IMG/VR virus record: IMGVR_UViG_3300044786_000093
DNA: 30,256 nt
Origin: a virus
Strand: one strand, 5' to 3'
A program made the position numbers and the translations under genes. Shown one piece after another: positions 20,439 to 29,977 of the stretch. A model generated the notes under the pieces. That model had not been told where the DNA came from, made no database searches, and saw only the letters and a list, made by a program, of their open reading frames with translations. Numbering within the stretch: the first letter of the stretch is position 1; each line of letters opens with the position of its first letter.

Positions 20439-21119
20439 ATGAACGCCTACCTTCTCTCCACCCTCGCACTCGGCGCGCTCGTGCTCGGCGCACTGCTGAT
20501 CGCGCTCGTGCACGAAGCCCAACGCGGCACGCTCAACTTCTCAGCCCTCACGCGCTGGTTCAAGATCGCCAGCCGCTTCGGCGCAGAACTCGGCGGCTAC
20601 GTCCACAACACCAGCCTGAGCCAGTGGATCTCCCCCGGCATGTGCAGCTACGTGACCGGCACCTGGACGGACGCGGTCGGCGCGGTCACCGGAACCGTCG
20701 TCAAAGAGAAGACCGCCGCCGACAATACCGGCGTGGTCTACATCCCCATCAGCGCCGCTCTGATCGCAAGCAGCGTGGACCTGATGGGCTCGTATCTCAA
20801 GACCATCGACATCTGGTGGGCCACCACCACCGCCGCGCTCGACGCGGCCGGCGCGACGGCGCTCATCGACCTGTTTGTGCTGCCCGCCAACGGCGCGGCC
20901 TTCCCCGCGCTCGTAGCCCAGCCCTTCACCTACGACACCGGCAACGACACCGCCGGCGAGACCGACGATCTGGACGAGCACAAGATGACGCTCACGCTCA
21001 CCACCCCGATCTGGCTCGACGACGACGACCTGGTGCAGGTGCGCATGACCTTCGACGCCGCCGCCACCAGCGTTGTCCGCTTCCACGGCGCACGCGCGAA
21101 CTACACGCTGCGCCTGTAA
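20439..21119 (+). CDS. Hypothetical virion-associated protein (226 aa) with an N-terminal hydrophobic segment.
   Basis: AAAGGA lies 6 nt upstream. It sits between the capsid gene and the terminators. Confidence 0.65.
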   Translation: MNAYLLSTLALGALVLGALLIALVHEAQRGTLNFSALTRWFKIASRFGAELGGYVHNTSLSQWISPGMCSYVTGTWTDAVGAVTGTVVKEKTAADNTGVVYIPISAALIASSVDLMGSYLKTIDIWWATTTAALDAAGATALIDLFVLPANGAAFPALVAQPFTYDTGNDTAGETDDLDEHKMTLTLTTPIWLDDDDLVQVRMTFDAAATSVVRFHGARANYTLRL

Positions 21120-21129
21120 CTGGAAACAC

Positions 21130-21202
21130 GCGGCGACTAGCCACGCCGCTGGTTTCTCTCCTTCGCCCGGGGGCGGCGCGCTCCCAATCACGCGCCGCCC
21201 CC
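21130..21202 (+). terminator. Two hairpins. The first has a T-rich tail.
   Basis: gcggcg-actagcca-cgccgc followed by tggtttctctcc, then gggggcggcgcg-ctcccaatca-cgcgccgccccc. Confidence 0.55.
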
Positions 21203-21222
21203 CACTAGAAAGGACTCTCGCC

Positions 21223-21486
21223 ATGCCCCCCTTCTGGAAGACCATCGAATTTTGGACGGCTGTCCTGATGCCCGTGCTCGTCGTGCTCTGGCCGCTCGCC
21301 ATCGCCGCGCTCCCGTTCCTGTCCGTGCTCACCGCCGAGCAGGTGACGCTCGTCATCGCGGGCGGCATCGTCGCCATCATCGTGGCGCTCACCGGCCTCG
21401 CGCACTTCCGGCTCACGCGCGCCCGCACCCTTGCCATCCTGGCCGCCGCCAACATCGCCGCCGCGCACAGCGCCAAAGGCAAGTGA
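21223..21486 (+). CDS. Multi-pass small membrane protein (87 aa). Holin-like.
   Basis: AAAGGA lies 8 nt upstream. Two or three hydrophobic helices and a basic C-terminus. Confidence 0.55.
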   Translation: MPPFWKTIEFWTAVLMPVLVVLWPLAIAALPFLSVLTAEQVTLVIAGGIVAIIVALTGLAHFRLTRARTLAILAAANIAAAHSAKGK

Positions 21487-21489
21487 CGC

Positions 21490-21804
21490 ATGACCCGGAG
21501 ACCCGCCCCGCCCAACGCTCCACGCCCTACGCCCGCCGACCCGCTCACCGCCGCGCTCAAGATACTCGGCGTCAAGCCAAACAACGTGCAGGACAGCGCG
21601 ACCCGCGAGAACGGCGACTTCGTCGCCATCGTCAACCAGGGACAGAAGTTCGTCTTCACCCCCAAGGAGCTTGCCGACCCGAAGGTCGCCCGCGCCCGCC
21701 TGCGCGCCGAGGGCCGCACCGTCATCCCGCCGCTCGACCCAACGAAGAAGGCCAACGCCAGGCCCGACGACGGCCTGCCGGACGACGGACTGCCCGAGGA
21801 TTAG
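21490..21804 (+). CDS. Hypothetical protein (104 aa).
   Basis: ORF track. Tightly packed after the previous stop. Confidence 0.6.
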   Translation: MTRRPAPPNAPRPTPADPLTAALKILGVKPNNVQDSATRENGDFVAIVNQGQKFVFTPKELADPKVARARLRAEGRTVIPPLDPTKKANARPDDGLPDDGLPED

Positions 21805-21807
21805 CCC

Positions 21808-22029
21808 ATGTTCACCACCGACGAAGGCTCAAACACCAACTGGGCGATCCTGTTCAGCGAACGCGATCTGAAAGAGATTGCCTTCTGCAAGCTCTACGCC
21901 GATCAGTTCGCACACGGCACAGACGGTCACCTGATCCGCCTGATCGTCGCGCGCCTGGCTGCCCAACTCGACGTACAAGAGCAGATGTTGAAAGAACTGC
22001 GGGCCAAGTCTCAGAAGCCCACCGACTGA
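21808..22029 (+). CDS. Hypothetical protein (73 aa).
   Basis: GAGGA lies 7 nt upstream. Confidence 0.65.
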   Translation: MFTTDEGSNTNWAILFSERDLKEIAFCKLYADQFAHGTDGHLIRLIVARLAAQLDVQEQMLKELRAKSQKPTD

Positions 22030-22071
22030 GGACTTCGGACTGACGACTGACTCACTTCGGACTTCCCGACC
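22023..22071 (+). repeat. Seven in-phase heptads (cgacTGA ggacttc ggacTGA cgacTGA ctcactt cggactt cccgacc) that exactly fill the gap to ATG 22072.
   Basis: The first TGA is the real stop (22027-22029). Confidence 0.85.
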
Positions 22072-22746
22072 ATGCCTTTGACCCTCGCCCAACTCGAAGC
22101 CCGCGTCGCGCTCCGCTTGAAGGACCCGGCGAACGCCATCTACTCCACCGCCGACCTCGACGACGCGCTCCGGCTCGCGCTCCACGACTACAGCCGCGCC
22201 TCGCCGCTCACCGCCGAAACGCTGCTCACGCTCCCCGGCGTCGGGCGCACCATCGCGCTCAACAATGTCACCGACCTGCTCAACGTCTCCGAAGTCTGGT
22301 GGCCCTACGACTCAACGCTGGACGACGACACCAACGAGGCCGCCAACCAGGTGAGAGGCTTCTTCCTGCGCTTCGACGACGCGCAGCCCATCGTCACGGT
22401 CAGCACCATCGGCAACGCCAGCCCGCAGACCGACGACGAAGCGTATCTCTGGTACACCAAGCCGCACACGATCCAGAACCTGGACGCGGCCTCGACGACC
22501 ACGCTCCACGCCCATCACGAGACCATGCTGGCCGTCGGCGCAGCCGGCTACGCCGCCACCAGCGAGGCGCTGGACCAGGTCGGCAGCGTCCACATCGACC
22601 CGAAGGAAGTGGACTACCTGAAAACATGGGGCGAGGCGCAGCTGCGCGTGTGGCGCGACTTCCTTGAAACCGTGCGCGCCGCCAGCGCGCGAGGCGGCAA
22701 GCCCTGGGCGGCCAAGGGCTGGAAGCTGGACGCGGACGATAAGTGA
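22072..22746 (+). CDS. Putative head-tail connector/adaptor protein (224 aa).
   Basis: Position. The N-terminus MPLTLAQLEARVALRLKDP...ADLDDAL is typical of gp6-like adaptor N-termini, as I recall them. Confidence 0.5.
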   Translation: MPLTLAQLEARVALRLKDPANAIYSTADLDDALRLALHDYSRASPLTAETLLTLPGVGRTIALNNVTDLLNVSEVWWPYDSTLDDDTNEAANQVRGFFLRFDDAQPIVTVSTIGNASPQTDDEAYLWYTKPHTIQNLDAASTTTLHAHHETMLAVGAAGYAATSEALDQVGSVHIDPKEVDYLKTWGEAQLRVWRDFLETVRAASARGGKPWAAKGWKLDADDK

Positions 22747-22749
22747 CCC

Positions 22750-23046
22750 ATGCACCCTTGTCTTCGCCCCATCGCCGAGCGCGACCCACGCGACATCTTC
22801 GCCGCGCTCGCCGACGGCGCCACCGCGCTCCGCTGGCTGGCGCGTGAGGTCGCCTACGACGCCAATCGCTTCGTCAACCAGGGCGACCGCGACCGCGTCG
22901 CCGTGAACGCCCACGCTCGCTACGAGCGCCAGCGCGCCCACGCCCTCCTGCTCGACATCCTTGCCGACGAACTCGCACTCGTGCAAGCGCAAGCGCGGCT
23001 CAACGCGGCGGCCCATTCGTTGACACCCGACGAGGAACACACGTGA
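22750..23046 (+). CDS. Hypothetical protein (98 aa).
   Basis: ORF track. Tight packing. Confidence 0.6.
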   Translation: MHPCLRPIAERDPRDIFAALADGATALRWLAREVAYDANRFVNQGDRDRVAVNAHARYERQRAHALLLDILADELALVQAQARLNAAAHSLTPDEEHT

Positions 23047-23447
23047 GCGCGCCAACCGGATACCCCTTCTACCTGCACGGGCGCGCCAGAAGCGCCGAGC
23101 ACTTCGCCGAACTCTGCACCGCGCTCCGCACCTTCGACTTCGAGATCGTCGCCGCTTACATCGCCGCCGGAGTCGAAGCCGTCCCACCCGTCGTCGCCGT
23201 CCCACCGCCCCCTGAGCCTGCTGAGCCTGTCGAAGCACATCACAACTTCGCGCCGCGCATCAACCAGAAGGTGATCGACATCTTCCGCGCCGTCTTCGGC
23301 GGGGACTTCTGGGCCATCGTCACCCGCGCCGGGCTGGCCTACATGGCCGCATCACCCGCCGCGCGCCAGGCCGCCTACATCGGCCCCGACGTCGAAGACC
23401 TGCCACTCACACCCGACGAGCGCGCCCGACTGATTGCGGCGCTATGA
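23043..23447 (+). CDS. Hypothetical protein (134 aa).
   Basis: GTG start, with GAGGAA 5 nt upstream. Overlaps both neighbouring genes. Confidence 0.6.
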   Translation: MSAPTGYPFYLHGRARSAEHFAELCTALRTFDFEIVAAYIAAGVEAVPPVVAVPPPPEPAEPVEAHHNFAPRINQKVIDIFRAVFGGDFWAIVTRAGLAYMAASPAARQAAYIGPDVEDLPLTPDERARLIAAL

Positions 23448-25378
23448 AAACGATCAACGCGACGCTCGCCACCGCCCAGAAGACCGGCGCAGGCCAGGCC
23501 CTCGCCCGCGCCACGCTGGCAGACAACAACCACCTTCATTTAAGTCAGCAGCACACGCCCACCGACGGCGGACACGTCTGCGGCGTGAACACGGGCAGCG
23601 CCATCGTCCGCATCCGCCGCGCCGCGACCGGCAACATCCAATCCCAGATCATCACCGACCCGACCGCGCTCGCCGAGTGGAACGCCTGGACGGACATCAC
23701 CGGCGCAACCCCCGCCGTCCCCGACAAGGGCACGCTCTTCTACACCGGCACTTACCTGGTCGCCGTGTGGCAGGACTCGACCGACGCCGACATCAAGTAC
23801 AGCCGCTCGAGCGACGGAGGCTCGACCTGGTCGGCCCCCGCCGTCGCCTATGCACTCGCCGTCGCCGCCTTCTTCTGCGGCGTCTCGGGCGGCGCGGCCC
23901 AAAGCGGCCTCTTCCTGTCCTATGGCGGCCAACTCTATTGGGGCGCGTACAACCCCGCGACCAACACGTGGTCAGCCGTAGACTCCGCTGCGCTCGCCAC
24001 CACTTCCATTACATCCATCGCAGCCGCCTGGGACGCGGACAACAGCCGCCACATCCTGGCTTTCGCCGCCGCCGGGCTGGCAACGGGCCTGAGTTTTCCA
24101 GTGATCTTGATCACCCGCTCGAGCGCGGGCGCGTGGGGCACGCCTCACATCCAGTACGCCATCTCCAGCCTCAACCAGGTCTACACCGGCCTGGCGCTTT
24201 CACAGGAGCAGATCGGAGGCTACTGGTGGCTCTCGGTTCTGCGCCTCGGCGACTGGACCGACAGCGAATACGGCCTGGCGTGCTCCGACGACGGGCTGGA
24301 GTGGGAGGACATCAACTTCCAGGCCGCGACCGACGACTCTGGATTGCTCCAGGTGCTCGGCACGCTCGCCGGTTCCGTGTGGGTCGCCAGCCGTGCAAAG
24401 GTCTGGAAGAACGTCGCGCAATCCTTCTGGTCCAACCGCACGCTCCGCAGCTACGAGATGGACCTGTCCGGCGACATGGGCCGTCTCACCGGCGAGCTGG
24501 TCAACCAGGACGGCGCGATCACCGCCGCGCCGCCTGAGCGTTGGGCCGTGCTCACACTCGAGCGCGGGCTGAACGTCGCAGGCACGGACTACTACGTCAG
24601 CGCGGGCGTCTTCTATCTCACCGGCTTCCACTTCACCCTACAGGACAACGTCGTCGCATTCAGCGCCGTGGACGCGGTGGGTCTTCTGACCCGCTGGGAG
24701 GCCGATCAAGCCTACACGTGGGTGGGCGAATCGCTCACACAACTCGTGCGCTTCGTCTGCGCATTGGCGGGCGTCCACATCGTCACGTTCGACGCCGCCC
24801 CACAGTGGGCCGACACGCTCCCCCTCGTCATCCACCCCGGCAGCAGCGGCCTGGCCGCGCTCGACTCGCTCGCCGCGCGCGGCAACTTCGACGTCGTCGT
24901 GCAGCAGGACGGTTCACTCTATTGCTTCGTCGCCACCACCGCCCCCGCCGCGCAACACACCTACGGCGACGGCGCAAACCAGCACCGCTACTGGCCGGGC
25001 GCGTTCGGCGAGGGGCTGGCCCCCAACTACGTGGCCGTTTACCCGGACGACGAGGCCAACAGCGACGCGACCATGGACACCGCCGACATGGCCGACCTCG
25101 GCCACCGCCAGGTAGACGCCTTCATCGACCGACGGCTGCTCGCCGGGGCCGACGTGGCCGAGCTATCCGCCGCCCGACTCCTGCTCGCCCAGGAGCAGCG
25201 CCGCACCGGCTTCTTCGACTCACCCGTCAACTTCGCGCTCGAACCCGCCGACGTGCTGGAGTTCGACGCCCACTACGAGTCCGGCCTCAACTGGCGCGCC
25301 ACCGGCTTCACCGAGCGCTACGGCATGAACAAGCAGCGCCCCTACTTCCAGCACGTGCTCTTGCGAGGCACCGCGTGA
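23444..25378 (+). CDS. Tail/baseplate structural protein (644 aa) with a BNR/Asp-box motif.
   Basis: ATGA overlap. SRSSDGGSTWS matches the SxDxGxTW Asp-box. Large structural size. Confidence 0.65.
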   Translation: MKTINATLATAQKTGAGQALARATLADNNHLHLSQQHTPTDGGHVCGVNTGSAIVRIRRAATGNIQSQIITDPTALAEWNAWTDITGATPAVPDKGTLFYTGTYLVAVWQDSTDADIKYSRSSDGGSTWSAPAVAYALAVAAFFCGVSGGAAQSGLFLSYGGQLYWGAYNPATNTWSAVDSAALATTSITSIAAAWDADNSRHILAFAAAGLATGLSFPVILITRSSAGAWGTPHIQYAISSLNQVYTGLALSQEQIGGYWWLSVLRLGDWTDSEYGLACSDDGLEWEDINFQAATDDSGLLQVLGTLAGSVWVASRAKVWKNVAQSFWSNRTLRSYEMDLSGDMGRLTGELVNQDGAITAAPPERWAVLTLERGLNVAGTDYYVSAGVFYLTGFHFTLQDNVVAFSAVDAVGLLTRWEADQAYTWVGESLTQLVRFVCALAGVHIVTFDAAPQWADTLPLVIHPGSSGLAALDSLAARGNFDVVVQQDGSLYCFVATTAPAAQHTYGDGANQHRYWPGAFGEGLAPNYVAVYPDDEANSDATMDTADMADLGHRQVDAFIDRRLLAGADVAELSAARLLLAQEQRRTGFFDSPVNFALEPADVLEFDAHYESGLNWRATGFTERYGMNKQRPYFQHVLLRGTA

Positions 25379-25381
25379 CCG

Positions 25382-25421
25382 TGGACTTCGGACTGATGAC
25401 TAACCGACTTCGGACTGACCC
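25382..25421 (+). repeat. Heptad repeats (tggactt cggactg atgacta accgact tcggact gaccc).
   Basis: Read directly. They fill the gap to ATG 25422. Confidence 0.75.
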
Positions 25422-25838
25422 ATGATCAACCCGCACTCGCTCCCCGGCTCCGTCGGCCCCTTCATCGTGCGCAAGGCCGTGATCACCCCGCGTATGCGCC
25501 GGGGCCGCATCATCTCGTTCGACTCGCTCACCTGGAAGGCCGACGTGCAGCTGGACGGCGCGCTCGCCGCACTCACGATCAAGGTCGGCGACTGGGTCAA
25601 CCCCACGTCGCTCGTCGTGGGCGCAGCCGTCGCGGTCACGCTCTTCAACGACAGCAACCCCGACGACGGCCTGGTCGCGGGCGTGTACGACGCCTTGGGC
25701 GGGTGGGACTATTTCGTGCGCGCGCAACTCGACGCGGGCGAATACCTGACCATCCCCGCCCAGCACCAAATGAGAGTCAAGAGCGCGTACACCGTCAACG
25801 GCACGCTCACCATCAACGGCGCATTGATCGTGGACTAA
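25422..25838 (+). CDS. Small tail protein (138 aa), possibly an OB-fold spike/needle-like protein.
   Basis: Position between large tail proteins. GRIISFDSLTWKADVQLDG resembles gpV-type OB-fold starts; this is a weak call. Confidence 0.5.
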   Translation: MINPHSLPGSVGPFIVRKAVITPRMRRGRIISFDSLTWKADVQLDGALAALTIKVGDWVNPTSLVVGAAVAVTLFNDSNPDDGLVAGVYDALGGWDYFVRAQLDAGEYLTIPAQHQMRVKSAYTVNGTLTINGALIVD

Positions 25839-25869
25839 TTTGAACTTTGAAGTTTGCAGTTTGAAGTTT
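25839..25869 (+). repeat. AT-rich heptad repeats (tttgaac tttgaag tttgcag tttgaag tttc).
   Basis: They start immediately after TAA 25836-25838, with a 7-nt register. Confidence 0.8.
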
Positions 25870-25885
25870 CTTCATCTCACATGCC

Positions 25886-28048
25886 ATGACTACTAAACAA
25901 ACGGACACCCACTTCGAAGCCGACGAGCAAGCCAGCGTCGCCACGCCTGACGCAAACAAGGTCCGCCTGTACGCCAAGACCGACGGCCGCTACTACTCCA
26001 AAGACGACGCCGGGGCGGAGGCCGGGCCGTTCGGCGCAGCCGCAGGCGGCAGCCAGCACGTCATCCGCGAGAACGGCACGGGCCTGACCGCCCGCACCGG
26101 TCTCAACTTCGTCGCCGGGCTGATCGCCACCGACGACGCGGGCGGCGACGAGAGCGAAGTCGCGCTCGACTACGCCACAACCGAGATCGTCGACGTGGCC
26201 GCCGCCGAGGGCGCAGGCACGAGCGACAAAGTCCCGCGCGCCGACCACGCGCACGCGGTCCCCAACGACCTCATCACCAACGCCATGCTCGCCAACGTGG
26301 GCACCCAGACGTTCAAGGGCCGCACCACCGCCGCGACCGGCGATTCCGAAGACCTGACCGCCACGCAGGCGACAGCCATTCTCAACGCCATGGTCGGCGA
26401 CGCAGGCGCGGGCGGCACGAAAGGACTCGTCCCAGCGCCCGCCGCCGGCGACACGGCCGCCGGGAAGTATCTCAAGGCCGACGGCGCGTGGACCGTCCCG
26501 CCCGGCGGCGGCAGCAATCACAACCTGCTCGACGGATCAGTCCACCCCGACACGCTTGCCGACACGGTCACCGACGGCGACATCATCATAGGCAACGTCA
26601 CGCCCAAATGGTCGTCGCTCGCAATCTCCGTACCCGCCGCCAACGTGCTCAACGTCCTGAGCGTCGCCTTCGGCGAACTGCGCGCCTCGTGGAAGGCGCT
26701 CTTCGACGCCACCAACCCCGCCGCGCTCGGCACCGCCGCGCCCGGCACGTCGCTCATCGCCGCCCACCGCGACCACGTCCACCTCGACCCCGTCACCGCG
26801 CACGAGGCAGCCAGCGATCCGCACACCGGCTACGTCCGCGAGGCAGACCCGAACTGGACTGACCTGACCGACAGCGGGGCGACGACGCTCCACAGCCACG
26901 CGGGCGGTTCCGCACTCACCGTCCAGGAAGAAGACGGCACGCCCATTGACACCGCCGTCTCGGTCATCCGCGTGCCCAACGGCGGGCTGATTGACAACGG
27001 CGTCGGCGACGTCTCGCTCGGCTACGAGCTTGCCGGTCTCAACGCCACACACCTGGCCGACGCCGCCGACGCGCACGACGCCAGCGCAATCTCCATCCTC
27101 GACACCGCCGCCGACTTCACCGCGACCGACGTCGAAGGCGCACTCGCCGAACTGCAAGCCGACGCCGAAGCCCACGCCGCCGCCGCCGACCCCCACACCG
27201 CCTACGCGCTCGACACCGATCTCTCGACGCACGCCAGCGCCGCCGATCCGCACACCGGCTACGTGCTGGAGTCCTTGATCGACGCGGCCGGCGATCTCAT
27301 CCAGGGGTCCGCCGCCGACACCGTCGCGCGACTGGCGATCAGCGTTCCCGCCGCCAACATTTTGAACGTCCTGGGCGTCGCCTTCGGCGAGACCGTCACC
27401 TCGTGGAAAGCGATCCACGACGCCACCAATCCCGCCGCGCTCGGCACAGCCGCGCCCGGCACATCACTCCTGGCATCGCACCGCGACCACGTCCATCTTG
27501 ATCCGGTGACAGCGCACGTGGCCGCCGGGGACCCCCACACCGGCTACCGCCTGGAGTCGGCTGACCACTCGCACGCTTCGGCGGGCGCGCAGGGCGGCAC
27601 GATCCTGCTCTCCGACACCACAGTCTCGGGCCTGACCGACGGGCAGGTGCTCAAAGCCACCGGCGCGACGACCAAAGCCTTCGAAGACGACGTCGCCGCG
27701 ATCGAGTTCATCATCGACGGCGGCGGAAGCGCGATCACCACCGGGCAGAAGGGCCATCTCGAAATCCCCTTCGCCTGCGTCATCACGCGCGTGACCACAC
27801 TCGCCGACCAGACCGGCTCCATCGTCGTGGACATCTGGAAAGACACCTACGCCAACTTCCCGCCCACCGTCACCGACACCATCACCGCCAGCGCCAAGCC
27901 CACACTCGCCAGCGCGCAGAAGGCGCAGGACTCCACCCTCACCGGCTGGACGACCGCCATCGCGGCGGGCGATATCCTGGCCTACAACGTGGACAGCGCC
28001 ACGACCGTGACGCGCGTCGTCATCTCGCTCAAGGTGCGCAAGACGTGA
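25886..28048 (+). CDS. Tail fibre protein (720 aa) with an internal 71-aa duplication and repeated DH.H / DPHTGY motifs.
   Basis: RADHAHAV, HRDHVHLDPVTAH..DPHTGY (x2), AADPHTAY, AADPHTGY. These motifs are typical of phage tail-fibre repeats. Confidence 0.75.
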   Translation: MTTKQTDTHFEADEQASVATPDANKVRLYAKTDGRYYSKDDAGAEAGPFGAAAGGSQHVIRENGTGLTARTGLNFVAGLIATDDAGGDESEVALDYATTEIVDVAAAEGAGTSDKVPRADHAHAVPNDLITNAMLANVGTQTFKGRTTAATGDSEDLTATQATAILNAMVGDAGAGGTKGLVPAPAAGDTAAGKYLKADGAWTVPPGGGSNHNLLDGSVHPDTLADTVTDGDIIIGNVTPKWSSLAISVPAANVLNVLSVAFGELRASWKALFDATNPAALGTAAPGTSLIAAHRDHVHLDPVTAHEAASDPHTGYVREADPNWTDLTDSGATTLHSHAGGSALTVQEEDGTPIDTAVSVIRVPNGGLIDNGVGDVSLGYELAGLNATHLADAADAHDASAISILDTAADFTATDVEGALAELQADAEAHAAAADPHTAYALDTDLSTHASAADPHTGYVLESLIDAAGDLIQGSAADTVARLAISVPAANILNVLGVAFGETVTSWKAIHDATNPAALGTAAPGTSLLASHRDHVHLDPVTAHVAAGDPHTGYRLESADHSHASAGAQGGTILLSDTTVSGLTDGQVLKATGATTKAFEDDVAAIEFIIDGGGSAITTGQKGHLEIPFACVITRVTTLADQTGSIVVDIWKDTYANFPPTVTDTITASAKPTLASAQKAQDSTLTGWTTAIAAGDILAYNVDSATTVTRVVISLKVRKT
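26621..26833 (+). repeat. Tail-fibre internal duplication, copy 1 (213 nt).
   Basis: ISVPAANVLNVLSVAFGE...HRDHVHLDPVTAHEAASDPHTGY. The partner copy is at 27335-27547. Confidence 0.85.
27335..27547 (+). repeat. Tail-fibre internal duplication, copy 2 (213 nt).
   Basis: ISVPAANILNVLGVAFGE...HRDHVHLDPVTAHVAAGDPHTGY. Differences from copy 1 involve all four bases. Confidence 0.85.
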
Positions 28049-29370
28049 TCGGCTACTTCGCCGCCCCCTACACCCGCGACCTGAGCAAGTCGCGCCCCAC
28101 ACGCTACTGCGCCATGCAGGACGCGCAGAGCGTGATCGCGCTCGACGGCGGCGACTGGCACGAGACCGAAATTCTCCATACGGCCATACCCGCCGCAGGC
28201 GACACAGCTGGCAAGGCCATCGTGCGAGTGCGCGCATCCGTGGCCACACTCGCCGACCTGGCGACGGTGTATCGCCGCCTGCCGAAGAATAGCCTCGACG
28301 ATCCGCTGGCCGATCTGTCCACGGCGGTCAAGCGTGTGCTGCGCGACGAACTGGAGGACAGCGGGTACACCCTGACAGAAATCCAGGCACGCTTCGGCAA
28401 TGATATCGGCGCATATACCCTGCGCGACGTGGTGTCCTTTGCGGCCAGCCGCCGCCGCAAGCCGCGCTACGACGCCGCCAACGACAGAATCATTTGTGAC
28501 GGCGCGATCCAGTCCTGTCGCAACATCCAGGATGTGGAACGCTGGTGCTCCGATGACGCTGACTGGCAGCGGCTACTCGCGCTGCGCGATACGCTGCTCG
28601 CAGAGTGGGACGCCAACCAGAAACTCATCCGCCTGTCCCAGCGCTTGCCGGGCCTGCCGCAGTGGGAGCGCAGTACGCTGCTCGCGCTCGTCGGGCAGGC
28701 CGGATATTTCTTCGACAAAATCAGGCCAGATACGTTCCCGACGACGGGCCTACTCGACGATGCCAATCGTGCCGATGATGCCACGCCCCCACCCGGCGCG
28801 GGCTGGGGAGGAATGCTGTATTCGGCGGGCGGACAATTTCAGGTTTTGACCAATCAATTCGCGCCTCTGGGTGGAGGCGCAAGCACGGATTATTGGGGGA
28901 CACTCTTCGGCACTGATCAAGAGGCGTTTGTAGACATAGCAACAAAAAGCACCGTGAATGGGTCAGCCACGTTCGTTGATCTTCGGGTGGTTGCTCCCGG
29001 AACGTCAGCCTGGGATGGATATGAAATTGAAACTATTGTCGTCGCGGGAGCGGACGAATGCCGCATCTATCGCGTGGACAATGAAGCCTGGACACAACTC
29101 GGTGCTATGGTCAATCAGGAATTCGCATCGGGTGAAAGTCTGGGCGGAGAAGCCATTGGCAGTGCCCTGACTCTGTATCGCAAAAGCGCTGGCAGTTGGG
29201 CCAGCGTGCTGTCGCGCACGGATGCTACCTACGCACCCGCCAGCAGTTATATCGGCATGGGCTCCTACGAAGCCAGCACAACAGAATTCCGGCTTGACAA
29301 CTTCAGCGGCGGGACGGTGGTCGCCGCGGGCGGCGGCTTCGCCCACAGCCAGGGCGTCATCGTCGGCTGA
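28045..29370 (+). CDS. Putative receptor-binding/tail protein (441 aa) with a lectin/LamG-like C-terminal domain.
   Basis: GTGA overlap with the tail fibre. The C-terminal ~170 aa (FVDLRVVAPGTSAWDGYEIETIV...LYRKSAGSW...RLDNFSGG) look like a beta-sandwich. GC content is visibly lower in 28840-29130. Confidence 0.6.
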   Translation: MIGYFAAPYTRDLSKSRPTRYCAMQDAQSVIALDGGDWHETEILHTAIPAAGDTAGKAIVRVRASVATLADLATVYRRLPKNSLDDPLADLSTAVKRVLRDELEDSGYTLTEIQARFGNDIGAYTLRDVVSFAASRRRKPRYDAANDRIICDGAIQSCRNIQDVERWCSDDADWQRLLALRDTLLAEWDANQKLIRLSQRLPGLPQWERSTLLALVGQAGYFFDKIRPDTFPTTGLLDDANRADDATPPPGAGWGGMLYSAGGQFQVLTNQFAPLGGGASTDYWGTLFGTDQEAFVDIATKSTVNGSATFVDLRVVAPGTSAWDGYEIETIVVAGADECRIYRVDNEAWTQLGAMVNQEFASGESLGGEAIGSALTLYRKSAGSWASVLSRTDATYAPASSYIGMGSYEASTTEFRLDNFSGGTVVAAGGGFAHSQGVIVG

Positions 29371-29557
29371 CGGCGACATTCCAAGCAAGTGCTACGCCGC
29401 CGTCTGGCGACGGCGCACGGCCCGGCGTAGCGGCCTGGGCCGAGGCGGTAGCGGGATACCGCGACCGCCGTCAAACAAGTGCAGGGGCGACGCCGCTCCG
29501 CTTGTAAGTGCTGCGTCGCTCGTCGCCCCGTCAAGCCAACCCAGTGCAAAAAGAACC

Positions 29558-29650
29558 CCGGGCGACGGGGGTGAGCTGGCGCGGAAAGAACAAGTGCCCG
29601 CGCCGAACCCCTGGTCGCCCGGACGAGCAAAGGCTGAGGAGGCAAAACCC
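29558..29650. repeat. Structured ~90-nt module, copy 1 (nested helices plus an AAAGGCTGAGGAG tail).
   Basis: cgggcgacggggg-tgagct-[ggcgcgg-aaagaacaagtgc-ccgcgcc]-gaa-cccctggtcgcccg ... aaaggctgaggaggcaaaaccc. Confidence 0.6.
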
Positions 29651-29977
29651 ACACGCGGGGACGCGGGCAAGTGCGCCGCCCGGCCTTGAGAAAGTGCGCC
29701 GGGCCGCTGCCCGCTCGCGGCGTGGTTTCCGGCTGCAGGCGGCTGCTTCGACGCTTGCCCGGCGGCGCACTTCGCAAGAACCAAAACCGCTCTGCCGCCG
29801 CCGGTCTGCGCGCTCGCCCCACCCTTGCCGTCACCACCCCGCGCCCCGCAAGAGCCAAACCCCGGAGGCGGCGTGCGAAGCGCACCCCGCCGTCAGACAA
29901 GAGCCAAAGGCGACGCTTCGCCTGTAAGAACTGCGAAGCGTCGCCGTCAACCAAGATCAAAAGCAAAACCTAATGCT

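Noticed and set aside
15927-20493. Large minus-strand ORFs antisense to terL, the portal gene and the capsid gene (15927..17387, 486 aa; 17995..20493, 832 aa). Similar shadows occur at 4701..5564, 9092..9616, 20541..21755, 22312..23238 and 25877..27418.
   Set aside because: These are typical GC-rich shadow ORFs. Their composition is Arg/Gly/Ala-rich, they have no RBS, and they lie opposite genes with clear motifs and operon structure.
23434-25425. Alternative-frame ORFs 23434..24537 (367 aa) and 24541..25425 (294 aa) inside the BNR tail-protein gene.
   Set aside because: They are extremely Arg/Pro/His-rich out-of-frame readings of a GC-rich gene. The 23444-25378 frame has normal composition, an Asp-box motif and ATGA coupling.
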